The notes: a model not told the origin generated them from the letters alone. 64,000 bases of DNA from Eledone cirrhosa (GCA_964016885.1 OZ024742.1:234732001-234796000), one strand, 5' to 3'; shown: positions 26,600 to 39,585, numbered from the stretch's first letter. Made by a program: numbers and translations.

Positions 26600-26794
26600 T
26601 ACGAAGGTCGGCTGAAAAGTTCATAGGCTGACCAAGATATTCTCATGGAATGACTAAATGAAATTTATTTTTCAACATAGTCCCTGGAAAAAAAAAACAA
26701 TGCAGTTATTAATATGAGTGAAATTAATGCATGCAAGATTTCATAGCATTGCTCCTTCATAGTCAACCTATGAACTTTTCAACTGACCTTCATA
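26600..26794. mobile_element. Mariner-derived MITE, about 190 bp
   Basis: TIR tacgaaggtcggctgaaaagttcataggctgac / gtcaacctatgaacttttcaactgaccttcata, TA-flanked. Confidence 0.8.
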
Positions 26795-27952
26795 CAGTAT
26801 AGTTGATACTGAAAGAAGGAGAGAGAGAGAGATATTGGGGGGGGGGGGGGGGGGGGGCACACACAAGAAGGATCAATTTGTGTATTTGACTGGTACATTA
26901 TTTACTGACCACAGAAGGATGAAGGACGAGTTGATCTTGATTGGATGTGAACTCAGAATGCAAAAAGTAGGAACAATTCCCATAAGGCAACACTAATGAT
27001 TCTGGCAATTGATTGCTTTATGCATCTTCTATAGATGCAGCTGATCTGAATGGTTAAGAGGTTTGCTTTGCAATTATTAGCTCTTGAGTTCTGGCAGGTT
27101 TCCAAATAATTTCTGTGTACCCAGTTTCTCTCACAAAGCATGGGTTTACCAAAGTGTCATTTACCATAGTCTTAGTTTTGTAATCTGTCAGATGGACTGT
27201 ACCTGTAAGTTAAAAGGCCACTCTTGTCATACATTGTGTCATACTGAATCTCCTTAAGAATTAAATTAAGAGTACACATTTCTGTAGAATACTCAATCAC
27301 TTAAATATTAATTACATGAGCAGGTTGTCGCATTAATTGAACAACTGGAACATTCATCGTCAAAATTAATAGAGATCCATTCCGTATTTTCTATACTAAA
27401 ATAACAAGACTTGTGTTGATTGGGTGTTGATTTTTACTATCTACTCTATGGGAAATGGAGGTAGTTAAATAAATATGATGACTAACAATGCATCCTGTTA
27501 CTAGACTAAGTATTACCAAATATTCAGTTCAGTTTACTTACTACTGGAGTTCAAAGGTTTAGTCAAAGAACAGATATTACTTCATTAACCCTTTTGATAT
27601 GAATCTGCCCAAAATTAGCTTTAGTTCCATGAAACAAAAACCACAAATTTTAAAGTGTTCTATAATTTTATATTACTATCTTAATAATGAAATAATTATT
27701 AACTTTGGTAAATCTCTCAAAATTCTTTATTAAGTAAAATAGTGTGTATTTAATTTAAAATATAGTCATGGGGAAGGGTTGATATAGCCTAACAGCTACA
27801 TAAAAGAAAATCGATCTTATATTGGAAGAATTTAAAATAAATATTTAAACCTTTTTGATACAATATCACTCCTAGTTCTATGACACACAACTGTTTGTTT
27901 TAACATTCCATCATAATTATATGTAAGAAGTTTTATGCTTCAAACACCAGCT

Positions 27953-28146
27953 TAATAATTATTTCTACTTTTTGGCACAAGGCCAGCAATTATCTCAGTG
28001 TATTACTGGTACTTTATTTTATCGACCCCGTAAGGATGAAAGGCAAAGTTAACCTCGGCGGGATTTGAACTCAGTCCGTAAAGGGACGTAACTGTGCTGC
28101 AAAGCATGGCGTCCGACCCTCTATTGATACTGCCAATTCTAATAAT
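27953..28146 (-). mobile_element. Same SINE family, inserted in MITE family 2
   Basis: Full body; taataat on both sides. Confidence 0.85.
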
Positions 28147-28302
28147 GAGAAAGTTAATTATGTTACTAAACCCATTCAAATTCTTGATTATTTTCAAAAT
28201 TATCTGAAATTCATAGGTAATATCTTTTATTAGAAATATGGTAACAAAAGGGTTAAAGACAGAATTATTGAATCTTAGGAAATGTTAGGAATGAAAACTC
28301 AC

Positions 28303-28414
28303 CAGCTACCAGGCAATTAGTTAATTCTATTAATAAGTCCGTTTTATTTTGAATTTGAACCAGTTCTGAAATAAGTTTCTGTGCTTGTTGGTCTTCATTT
28401 TTTAGCGAAATAAA
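28303..28414 (-). CDS. PDE10A: PDE10A-like exon, start of GAF-A (FISLKNEDQQAQKLISELVQIQNKTDLLIELTNCLVA)
   Basis: Polypyrimidine-ctatag acceptor, G|gtgagt donor. LLIELTNCL resembles PDE10 LLYELSSII. Confidence 0.85.
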
Positions 28415-29727
28415 CTATAGAGGAAAAAAGAAAAAAAACATGAGAGAGATTTTTGCAAGAATGCTTAAACAAATATTGTTTGTTAAATTATTCTAATTCT
28501 AATATACAGAGATATATGTATTAGAATATATATATATACATACATTCACACACACATTATATATATATCATCATCATCATCACCGTTTTACGTCCGTTCT
28601 TCCACGCTTGTCCTGTTGTGGGCAGTGTCCGGTCGGCTGACCATGTCTTGCTCATACACACACACATATATATCCATCATCATTTAACAATCATTTTCTC
28701 TGTTGCAAGGGTTAATTCGGTCTTCAAAGGCTGAGTTATTACACAAGTGGGGCTTCTAACTCTTCAGATGGGCTGGGGATGTGCATCTTGCTTGCACCAA
28801 TCACATTACCAATAAAATTAAAGCCCACATCACCGGCAAATGAAAAAGCCCTCCACCTTATGGATGCTCATGCAGAAGGCCAGAGACATGCCCACTAAAT
28901 CCTTAGTGCAACACTCCAGCAGTGATATATCAAGCTGAAGTAATTTCCACATATGAATGAATAAAAAATATGGCCGAAGATAGGAAAATGAACGAATAAA
29001 GTAGTCCCATGTCATCAGTCGACCGGTAGAGATACGTTGTATCAGTGCTAGCTCTAGTTCACAAGGGACAGTAAGTAACAAATGCATAAAAGACAAGATG
29101 ATAGTCTTAATTACTATTTACAAATAATATCAAATCCATGATCTGCAATTGAAAAGATATTGACAAGGCTCAACATATTGATTAGAAGAAGGACAAGAAA
29201 TAGAGAATATGCAAATGTTAATAAAATTATTAAGTCCTAAATGTTAATAAAATCATTAAGTCCTAAAAAGAGAGATATGAGTAAAGAGGATGAGAGGGAG
29301 AGTAAGAGAAGAAAGATAACCAAATATGGAGGAAAAGAGAGTCCTGCATGGCTATAAACATACAAATGAATAAGAAATAAGGGTGAAGACAGAAAAATGA
29401 ACGAATACAGACAGTAGTCCCATCTAGAGATAGCTAAGTATTCCTGTAAGGAGCAGCAAGTCCAGATACCATTAGGTTTGAAAGACATAATGATGGAACA
29501 ACACCACACAAATCTTATAATTAATGAGATATGTGAAGCATCCTCCACTGTGCCTGTTACAAGAAGAAGAAGCCTAATATGTAGCTAATACTGTTCTTAT
29601 TATCAGCACACTGGTAGTATTTATCTTTCCTACTAATTAGCTAATGAGATATATTAGCTATCTAGCCTGTTGTTGAACAAGCTATATAGCTTATGAAATA
29701 GATTGCAAATAAAATGTCTTTACTTAC

Positions 29728-29762
29728 CTCCCATTTCATGGAATCCGGTCCCCAAGTATTAC
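29728..29762 (-). CDS. PDE10A: PDE10A-like 35-nt exon (RNTWGPDSMKWE)
   Basis: cctacag acceptor, GAG|gtaagt donor. Converts phase 1 to phase 0 exactly as the flanking exons require. Confidence 0.8.
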
Positions 29763-30717
29763 CTGTAGGAATAAATGTAACATTGAATCATAGGCGTCTG
29801 TATATATATATAATAGGTGTAAATTGAAGTTTTAGCTGTTGTACAGCAAGTACTATTCAGTTTGTTTGGGACAATCACAAAGCACTCAATGGATTGAAAG
29901 TTAAAAACATTAGGTCCAGAGTAAACACAACAGTTATAAAGTGTGACACTAAGAAAACCGACCAAAAGCACTAACCATACATATAACATAACTACAATAG
30001 ATACAGAAAGGTTTAAACTAACCTGGGCCATCTCTAATTGATTAAAATCGATATAATCGATAAAATCTCAGATAGGTTTCTAGGACCTCTGGGTGTTATA
30101 TAACAAGTTGTATAATGCACATGCAATACATGTGTGCACTTCCACGATTGAACTGGAGCCCTGTCTTCTGCAGGTTTTGTTCTTATCCAAATTTCAGTAT
30201 GGCAACAGATTCAATTCTACTTACACACCTACATATCCACTCTATATACAAAATGATTCTTTCCTTTTCAGCACAGATGCATTCGATCACTGCCTTTTAA
30301 AACACAACCAACTGACCTTCTTTTGGATTCCACAGTTTCCCAAGAGATGGTGACCTGAATAGACTTTTTTTTCTCAAAGAAATTTGTTTTCCTTTCTGCC
30401 ACTGCTCCCTCTCCTCTAACTTTCTATTTGTTCTTTAATTTCTCATTCTATTTTCTGATGAAGGACTAGTGCCCAAAACGTTAAGACTCTTTTCCTATTG
30501 TGAGAAGGGGAAAGTCAATTATATCCACCCAGTACATGACTGGTGTTTTATTTTATTGACCCTGGAATGATAAAAGGTAAAATTGATCTTGGTAGGATTT
30601 GAATTCAGAATGTAAAGGGCTGTGACCAAATACCAAAAGTATTTTGTCCAATGCTCTAATGGTTCTTTCAATTCCTTGGCCTTAATATGTTTATCAATGA
30701 AATTCTATATAATTAAC

Positions 30718-31141
30718 CCTTTTATTACCATATCTCTAATTAAAGACTTCCTAAGCACTTCGATTAATTTTGAAAATCATCAAAAATTTGGTGGAATTTA
30801 AATAAAATAATTAACCCATTCATTATTAAGCTGATGTTAGGAACATTACTTAACAAACAATTTCTTTAAAAAACTTTTGATGGAAAGTTTTCATATAAAT
30901 ATGAATATTAGGGTTGTGGATTAGCCATTTGTTCTGGCTCTTTACATTCTGAGTTCAAATTCTAGTGAGGTCAATTTTGCCTTTCATCTTTCTGGAATTG
31001 ATAAAATAAATTCCCTGTCAAGTTCACAATTCCCCTAAAATTTGCTGGCCCTCTGCCCATATTAGAAACCAATATAAGCATAAATATTTTCAAAATAAGG
31101 AGTTTGTATAATAAAACCAGGGCAGTTTGGTATCAAAAGGG
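30718..31141. mobile_element. TTAA-flanked MITE family 2 carrying an internal SINE (about 30915-31075)
   Basis: ttaa-cccttttatt...tatcaaaaggg-ttaa. Related copies at about 22591-22800, 27850-28252 and 49740-50043. Confidence 0.6.
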
Positions 31142-31166
31142 TTAATTACTATTGAATTTCACTTAC

Positions 31167-31334
31167 GTCTATCCATAAATATTTTTTCTTTTCTGATCAT
31201 TCTGCTGCTGTGATTTCGTGACTTCTGTTGGTACCACTCCTCTATTCGTTGTACGTTTACCTTTGAGAGTATGTATGAATCAAGGAATTCTGGGTTCTCA
31301 TTCAGAAATTTTATTGTATTTTCTCTTTTCCATT
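31167..31334 (-). CDS. PDE10A: PDE10A-like exon (WKRENTIKFLNENPEFLDSYILSKVNVQRIEEWYQQK...MDR)
   Basis: ctatag acceptor and gtaagt donor. Resembles the YLxxHPxxLDxFV...VExW N-terminal segment of PDE10/11. Confidence 0.88.
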
Positions 31335-33404
31335 CTATAGACAAAGAAAAACCAAAAATAAAAGCCATATTGGACATAGTCAATAAATTAAGCCCTCCCT
31401 TACCCACACCCTTTTTCTTAGTGAAAAGGTGACCAATATTAATATAAAATGGTAAATATAAAACTAATTGATGGAGAAGTTTTACACTACTCGTTTATAA
31501 TGTGATATTGTGTGTTTCATACACTGGGATGATGACGATGGTGGTGGTGGTGGTGGTGGTGGTGGTGATGGTGGTGGTAGTGGTGGTGTTGGTGGTGGTC
31601 ACAAGACCTGAAATGTTACAGAAGTGGTATAGTCAATTAAATCGATCAGATTATCAGCCCAGAAAAAATAAAAGGAAAATTTGATTCAGAGAGGTTTGTA
31701 CTCAGAATGAAACAATACATAATACAATATCTCAGTTTTTTCTTATTTTAAACATGAAAACAAAACAAAAAATATTTTGGAGTTGAGTGACGAGGTATAC
31801 ACCAGAATAGATTATGGAAAACAGCAGTGTATAAAGGAATGAAATGAGATGTCATTGTGGTGGGAAAGAAACATAGTCAATCAAGGAACCTCACAGTTCC
31901 ATCATTACTTACTCCCAAGAGCCTTCATTCTCTCTTAGATGTATTGTCTGAACTACAAGCACATGCTGAAAATATACCCATTTACAAGGAATATAGTTGC
32001 CACTCTCTGGTCACAACATGGTCAATGGTTAAGGGATTTACTTCACAACTATTAGTTGCAGGGTTTGATAACAAGTGTTATTTATTATCACCTTGGGTCA
32101 ACCCATACCTTGTGAGTGAAATTGGGTAGATGGATACTGTTTGGAAGTCCATTAGGTCAGCTTTGACACACACTATGCTATGCTGAATCTCCGTGCTAAG
32201 GGTACACATATCTATGGAATGCTCAGCCGCAGACATGTTAATTTCATGAGCAAGCTGTTCCGTTGATTGAACACTTGTCATCAAAACAAGCAAAAGGTCC
32301 ATTCCATTCTCACCACACTCCTCCAACTTTCAGAAATATTTACTAGAAATATGCACCTCTATCTTCACCTCCACCATTCACTCCAAGTAGAAGATGAAGA
32401 AGCTGATGAGGGCTTGGTAAAAAAGGAAAGTGTTTATCCCCAGTCCTTTGAAGCTTGTCCATCATACAATTTCTTGTAACTTTCACCAGACAGGAAAACT
32501 GCTTGCCCTTCTCATCCCAAGGAAGTTTTATCCTATATGTAACAACAACTTATTGACAAAACTCCACAAGTCAGAAATACTGGGAAACTGTATGGGTGCA
32601 TGCAAAAGGGTTTCATTTTTCTTTTTGGCTGACAACAGTTTATCCTGTAGCACCAAAACCTCAGGTTACACTGCCAAGTCAGCAATTTTTGGACATTGTT
32701 CATAGTACCCAGGTTAAAGTTCCACTGGAATAGATTGACCAATTGATAGTTGTCAGTGCCTAGATTCTTTCCAAGAACAAGATCCTTTTTGTTCACCATT
32801 AATCCATTGTAGAATGAAAAGGTTGAAGTATTGTCCATTTGGTAAAGAAATCTGGGCACCTGACAACATTACAGGTGGTACTCAGTTGTCTTTAGTTTCA
32901 TTTGACTAAAGACTGTAGCTCAGTCAATGAGATGAGCTTTGGGAAGACATACCTAAAACATTGCTACCACACTCACCCAGGAAATTCTGCAAATGCCACA
33001 ATATTAGTGCCTGCTTGCATAATGTAAGCCACTATGACATACTGAGCCCTCCATATAGAGAATGTTAGTAGCTGATAGAGATTCTTACCAATGGGCTAAG
33101 AGCCAACAATCTTGATGCTACAACCAGGTTAGGTGAAAGTTGGAACATGGCATAATGACCAGGCAATAATTAATGATACAAGTGATATATGCATTCACCA
33201 CCTCAGTATAACTTTTCAGAGATAGCTTTTTATCAGCCTATTTTTCCATGAAACTGGTCAATCTGCTCATAACTTTTCCCAGTTGACAGCCACCTGGACG
33301 TCTAGTTTGAATAAGAAAACACTCAGAACTCTTGATGTGGTAGATTGCTACCCTACTGATATGAAATATATCATTTAAATATGATAAATCAATGAATCCA
33401 GCAA

Positions 33405-33818
33405 AAAGAAAATAATAATTGCTTCTACTTTTGGCACAAGGCCAGCAATTATCCCAGTGTATTACTGGTATTTTATTTTATCAACCCCGTAAGAATGAAA
33501 GGCAAAGTTAACCACGGCGGGATTTGAACTCAGATCATAAAGGCCTTAACTCTTTGCTGTAAAGCATGGCGTCTGACCCTCTACCGATACTGCCAATCCA
33601 TCGCCCAAAGAAAATAATTGTTTCTACTTTAGGCACAAGGCCAGCAATTACCCAGTGCATTACTGGTACTTTATTTTATCGACCCCGTAAGGATGAAAGG
33701 CAAAGTCAACCTCAGCAGTATTTGAACTCAGATCATAAAGTGCCGTAACTCTTTGCTACAAAGCATGGCGTCTGACCCTCTACCGATACTGCCAATCCAT
33801 CGCCCAAAGAAAATAATA
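33405..33818 (-). mobile_element. Head-to-tail dimer of the SINE
   Basis: Two ~200-bp copies, with aaagaaaataat before, between and after them. Confidence 0.9.
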
Positions 33819-35629
33819 ATAACAAAAAGGTTAAAGAATAACTGTGTAAGTAGCACACTGATTTATTTGTGAAACTTATTGATCTTTAAATCATATAATT
33901 AGCGTCTTAGTTTTACAAATGTTTGTACTGGTTTCAAATACTATGCATTACCAAAAGCATAAGACTTAGTTCACATGTAAGAAAACTAACAAAACGTTAG
34001 ACGATTCAGTCCTCATCCTCACAAATAAAATATGACCACTGATACAAACTGTATGATCTAGCTCAAGGGTAAGGAGAAAACATGGCCAACATCTGAAAAA
34101 ACTGAACAGGATAGATAAAACTATCATATAAAAAACAAAGTCAATTTGCTGAAACTCATTATTTTTTAGTTGATGTATCCATAAAGAATTGAACTGTAAG
34201 GCAATTAAACAATCATCAATTTTACTTTCCATTTGTAAGTCTTCTCTACACTGGAAATGATGGGATTGAAAGTAAAGCTATCACACTGCTTACATTATGA
34301 GCCAAGGCTACAAGAAGCGCCGAACTCAACAGTGTGAGCTAACAATTTTATATTACTATAGCAGAAAACCATTCTACTGTACTCTAGCAACTAACAGCTA
34401 GATAGATTGGGCTGTTGAAATGATGGTACACTGTCAGTGTCAATATACCAACTTTTACTAAGTGAACGCAGCTATAGCTGAGGGATTAAGAAGTTTGCTT
34501 CATCATATTGACATCTTGGACAAGTGTCTTTACCATAGCATCAGGTCAATGATGGCCTTGTAGGTAAAATTGGGTAAACAGAAACTGTGTGGAAGCTTAT
34601 TTGATGGATTGGTCTAGTAATTCAAAGGTTCAGCTTTGCCACATATTGTATTATACTGATTCAGTTTTTGGAATACTCAACCACTTACATGTTAATTCAT
34701 GAATTGGATGCCTACTTGATTGAACATCTGCATGCTTTTCATTGCAATCGATGGAGGGGTCCTTAATCATCATCACCAACTATCAAATCCATAGCTATTT
34801 GTCTATTCACTAAACCCAAAAGTTAGATGCATTATCCCATCATATATATTTACTGCTGTATTGACTGTGCTTTTGAGAGCTAAAGTTAACTCCATTATTC
34901 TATGAGGTAGGATTTAGACCTTGAGGGACCCAGGGCAGTCACACTCTCTGCCCCCTATAGATCCAGCCTTGCATATATGTACTGCTCTATTGAGTGAGCT
35001 GTTAAGAGTTAAGTGTCTTATTTATGAGTAACATCATATGTATGTTGTATCAAATAATGAATTGACGTAGTTACCATTACAGCACAAACTGGTAACCATT
35101 CAGCTGATTAACTGACACCTAATTGACACGACTATTTGCAACTCTTTCTCATATTTAGAGATGAAAAATGATCATTGTGTGATGTTATTGACTTTTACAA
35201 AGATACAAATTAGAAACTGTTTTACAGATATATCTCATGAAGAGTTTACTTTTTACATTAATATCCTTGTCTGGAAATAGAAGCAGCTGAAAGGACTTGT
35301 ATTTTAAGAAAGGGAAAAAAATGAAATATTGTCACAGTAATGTGTTTCACAAAGGGCATTAGTGGGATGACTTGATTTCAACTAAAGATTGGACCTCATT
35401 GCCTCTCCACTTGCTTAGAGCTTACTTTTTGTCCAATGGTGCTAGCCACAAATAGAACTAGCATATTATGTCTGGCAGAAATGACAGCTACATTAATCAC
35501 AGTTAAATGCTATTTATTTGATCGATATACAATCAATACAATCAAGAGAAGGCTTGGTTGTCTTGAAGATATTAAGTGTATAGTTATAAAGTATGGGTTT
35601 GATTTGGTGGAGTTATTAGTGTGTCATGA

Positions 35630-36725
35630 GTTGCTGATAAAATAAGTACCAGTAACAAACAGTGGTTAATTTAATGGACTTTTACCTCTCTCCTTCAAAT
35701 TGCTGGCCTTGGGTCAAAACTAGAAACAATTATTTACTGATGTAATGGCTGTACATTGGCAGAATTATTAAACAGTCAGACAAATACTTAGCAGCATTTG
35801 TTCTGGCTCTTTACATTCAAATCCCACCAAGGTCAGCTTTCTGGGGTTGATAAAATAAAGTATCAGTCAAGTATTGGGGTTGATTTAATGGATTTTTCCT
35901 CCCCCTAAAAAACATAACTAGCTTTGTGCCTAAATTAGAAATCATTATTTAGTTACATTTCTATAAAAATATTCTATGCAACCAGCACTAGAGAAGTTAT
36001 CTGGCAGGCCTAAAAACATTCTTAATAGGTGGTTGATTGGCAGTATCACTAGAGCGTTAGACACCATGCTTTGCAGCATAGAGTTACGCCCCTTTACGCT
36101 CTGAGTTCAAATCCCACCGAGATTAACTTTGTCGTTCATCCTTATGGGGTCGATAAAATAATGCACTGTGTAATTGCTGGCCTTGTGCCAAAAGTAGAAA
36201 CAATTATTAATCTTCCCTTCACGCTCTTAATTCAAATCCCTCTGGGGTTAGCTTTGCCTTTCATCCTTAAGGGGCCGATAAAATAAAGTACCAGTAACAC
36301 ACTTGAGTCGATTAAATCGACTTCCCCTCTCCCAAAATTGTTGGCCTTGTCAGAAACCATTGGATTGACAGTATCGGTAGAGGGTCGGACACCATGATTT
36401 GACGCATTGAGTTACGGCCCTTGCTATTCTGAGTTCAAATCACGCCGAGGTTAACTTTGCCTTTCATCCTTACGGGGTCGATAAAATAAAGTACCAGTAA
36501 TACACTGGGGTATAACTGGCCTTGTGCCAAAAGTAGAAACAATTATTACTCTTATGTTAAGGGTAGTGAATTGAATCTGAGTTCAAATCTGGCTGGGGTC
36601 AACATTGCTTTTTATCTTACCAAGGTCAATAAAATTAAGTATTGATCGAGAACAACGGTTGATTTAATCAACTAATTCTCTCCTCAAATATCTGTCCTTA
36701 TTTCTTTGTTAGAAACAATTATTGC
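35630..36725 (+). mobile_element. Cluster of about 6 same-orientation SINE copies of different ages
   Basis: Repeated gagttcaaatc...ctttcatcct...gataaaataaagtaccag...gctggccttg...tagaaacaatt. Confidence 0.85.
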
Positions 36726-37024
36726 TCTGATGCTAGAAATCCTTTTAATCTGAATAATTCTCTGCAATTCCTTATTATTCACACTATACAATATGATACC
36801 TGACACGATGGAGATTAGATTTAGACTTGATTGGATAGTAAATCTATCAATAATGATTGTTACTCTAAATTTTTATCACCATAACAACTACAGCCAACAT
36901 TGAGCCATCTTATGTGTGTTCTTTAATTGATTTGCTTCATTGTAAATATAACTAATAATTCTTTTCATCCCAGTAAAGTCCAGTCAAGATTCTGATGAGA
37001 TAAATTGTTGTTGAGGAGGAAAAG

Positions 37025-37059
37025 ATGGTGGTTGTGGATGATGGTGATGGTGGTAGTGG

Positions 37060-37091
<32 letters not shown>

Positions 37092-37320
37092 GGTAGTGAT
37101 GGTAAAGGTTGTTGTTGGTGGTGGTGATAGTGATGGTGGTGGTAGATGATGGTGGTGATGGTGATGGTGATGGTGGTGGTAGATGGTGGTGATGGTGATG
37201 GTGGTGATGGATGATGGTAGTGGTTGTTGTTAGTGGTGGTAGTGGTTGTTGGTGGTGGTAATCGTGATGTCAGGTAGTGATGGTGGCTGTGGTTGATAGT
37301 GGTTGGTGGTGGTGGCAGTG
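37025..37320. repeat. (GGT/GAT/GTT)n low-complexity trinucleotide tract (another at about 31528-31600)
   Basis: Seen directly. Confidence 0.9.
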
Positions 37321-37702
37321 TTTAATTGGCATAGTTGTTGTTTAGCCTCAGGCCAGCCCTCATTGAGCAGATCTATGGTCAAAGGCATTCCAGTCATGAA
37401 TGTTCAATCTTTTTTTTTCAGGAACCATACATCTAAAACTATATTATTTAATGTGTCTCTACTTTTTAAAGATGATATGGTATAATCAAGAGATTTGGTT
37501 GTTATTGCTAGCAGTTAAAGTGACCATGGATAGCAGAATCACAAATGAACTGCAGTATTTAGTAAAGCCTCTTTAAGTTCTGAGTTAAAATCCTGCAGAG
37601 GTGAACTTTCCATTTCATCTTTCCAATAGTTGATGAAATGAAATTAATTCCAGCAGCTGATGTAATTCACTATGTTTTCCCTCAAAATATTTTTTTAAAA
37701 TT

Positions 37703-39502
37703 TCATGATGAGATGCAGTTCGGATTTGTTCCATGCAAAAGCACCACAGATGCTCTCTTCCTTGTGAGGTAGCTACAGGAAAAGTACCCATTTAAAAGTA
37801 AGCCAGTCCTCTTGGCATTTGTTGATATGGAAAAAGCATTCGACAGAGTGCCCTGTACGTTTATCTGGTGGGCTCTTAGAATACTAGGAGTAGATGAGTG
37901 GCTTGTGAAGGCTGTACAAGCCATGTATAGGGGAGCAGTCTGCAAAGTTAAGATTAACAATGACTATAGAGAGGAATTTAGCATGTAGGTTGGCGTCCAC
38001 CAGGGCTCTGTTCTTAGCCCTCTCCTGTTTATTATCATCTTACAGGCTATAATAGAGGAGTTTAAGACCAGCAGCCCATCCTTTATGTGAATGATCTCAC
38101 ACTCATAGCGGAATCGATGGAGGAACTAGAGAAGAAATTCCAAACATGGAAACAGGGTCTAGAAAAAAGGGGCCTTAAGGTCAACCTGACAAAGACTAAG
38201 GTCCTTGTAAGTAGAAGAGAAAACAGAATCCTGATCCCCTCAGGGAAATGGCTTTGCTCAGTATGTAGAAAAGGTGTAGGTAGAAATTCCATCCTCTGTC
38301 CCAAATGCAAACTATGGGTACACAAGTTATGTAGTGTGATCTCAGGAAGTTTAGCTACGTATGTAGACTTTACATGCAGCAGTTGCACCAGGAGAGTAAG
38401 CAGCAAACAATCACAGGAAACTAGCACTATCAAATTCTGGGAACATTCAGTAGAAACAGTAGACAACTTCTGCTACCTGGGTGAGCAAATTAGCAGTAGA
38501 GATTGGTGTCCTGAAAGTACTGTAGCCAGAGTTAGAACGGAATGGAAGAAGTTTAGGGAGTTACTACCACTGCTAGCTACAAAAGGCTTTTCCCTCAAAA
38601 TGAAAGGCAGATTGTATGATGCGTGCATACGAATAGCAATGTTGCATGGTAGTGAGACCTGGGCGCTGTGTGCAGAAGACTTGCATAGATTGGAAAGAAA
38701 TGAAGATTGCATGCTCCAATGGATGTGTAATATACGTGAACAACAAAGCTAAAATGAACTAAGAGAGAAACTAGGCATAAGAGGAATCAGATGCCGTGTG
38801 CAGGAGAGGATAGTGTAGTGGTTTGGATATGTGATGTGTATTGAGGATGACAGATGTATAAAAAGGTGCAGGACACTCAAAAGTTGATGGTAACTATGGA
38901 AGAGGAAGACGTAGGGAAATTTGGATGAAATTTGGTATGGACATGTGATGCACATGAAGGATGACAGCTGTATAAAAAAGTGCAGAGTACTCAAAGTCGA
39001 TGGAAGCCTTGGAGTGGGGAGACCCAGCCAGATCTGGGATGAGGTGATAAAAGCAGACCTCACTCAATTGCACCTCTCAAAGGCCAAGACACAGGACTGA
39101 GATCTCTGACGAGCAGTAATACAGAAGCCCTGAATTCCTTCTGAAGCATGTATATGTAACATACACAACCCGGCCCCTCACACCCACCCCTATACATCTC
39201 CCATGAGGACAAGCTGAAGTATACATCCAGCGAAGCCTCCAGCCTACATTGTAATAGTCATGATGGCGACACAACAAAAAGTGCCCAGTCCATGCTGTAA
39301 ACTGGTCATGTAGGTGTCATGAGAAAAAGCACCCAGCATACATTGTAAATACCGTTGGTGTTAGGAAGGGCATCCAGCCGTAGAAACCAAGCCAAAATCA
39401 GCCATGTGGGAGCAAAACTTGGTCCTCTGACCAGATCTCTCACAAAAGGACAGCCCATCCTGGAAAATGGGCGTTAAATGGTGATGATGAGGATGATGAT
39501 GA
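37703..39502 (+). mobile_element. 5'-truncated RTE-like LINE
   Basis: ORF 38087-38752 and upstream RT motifs. Internal duplication of about 80 bp (near 38820-38890 and 38930-39005). (gat)n tail. Confidence 0.92.
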
Positions 39503-39564
39503 ACTCCTGTAAATCATTTGTTTTCTTTAAAGTATGTCAGGAAAAAGAAAATGATATGCCTTAC

Positions 39565-39585
39565 CTGTTTTCAATGGACTTCGTC
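39565..39585 (-). CDS. PDE10A: PDE10A-like 21-nt microexon (G-RSPLKT-E)
   Basis: Acceptor ttttcttccattgcag, donor CAG|gtaagg, phase 1-1, frame-preserving. Confidence 0.6.

Noticed and set aside
26836-26857. Poly-G run as a functional G-quadruplex
   Set aside because: Homopolymer beside a decayed SINE; no evidence of function, and its length is unreliable.
31502-31684. Poly-Val ORF
   Set aside because: Translation of a (GGT)n microsatellite.
36028-36125. tRNA genes
   Set aside because: The A and B boxes belong to SINE heads that continue into the SINE body; no full cloverleaf.
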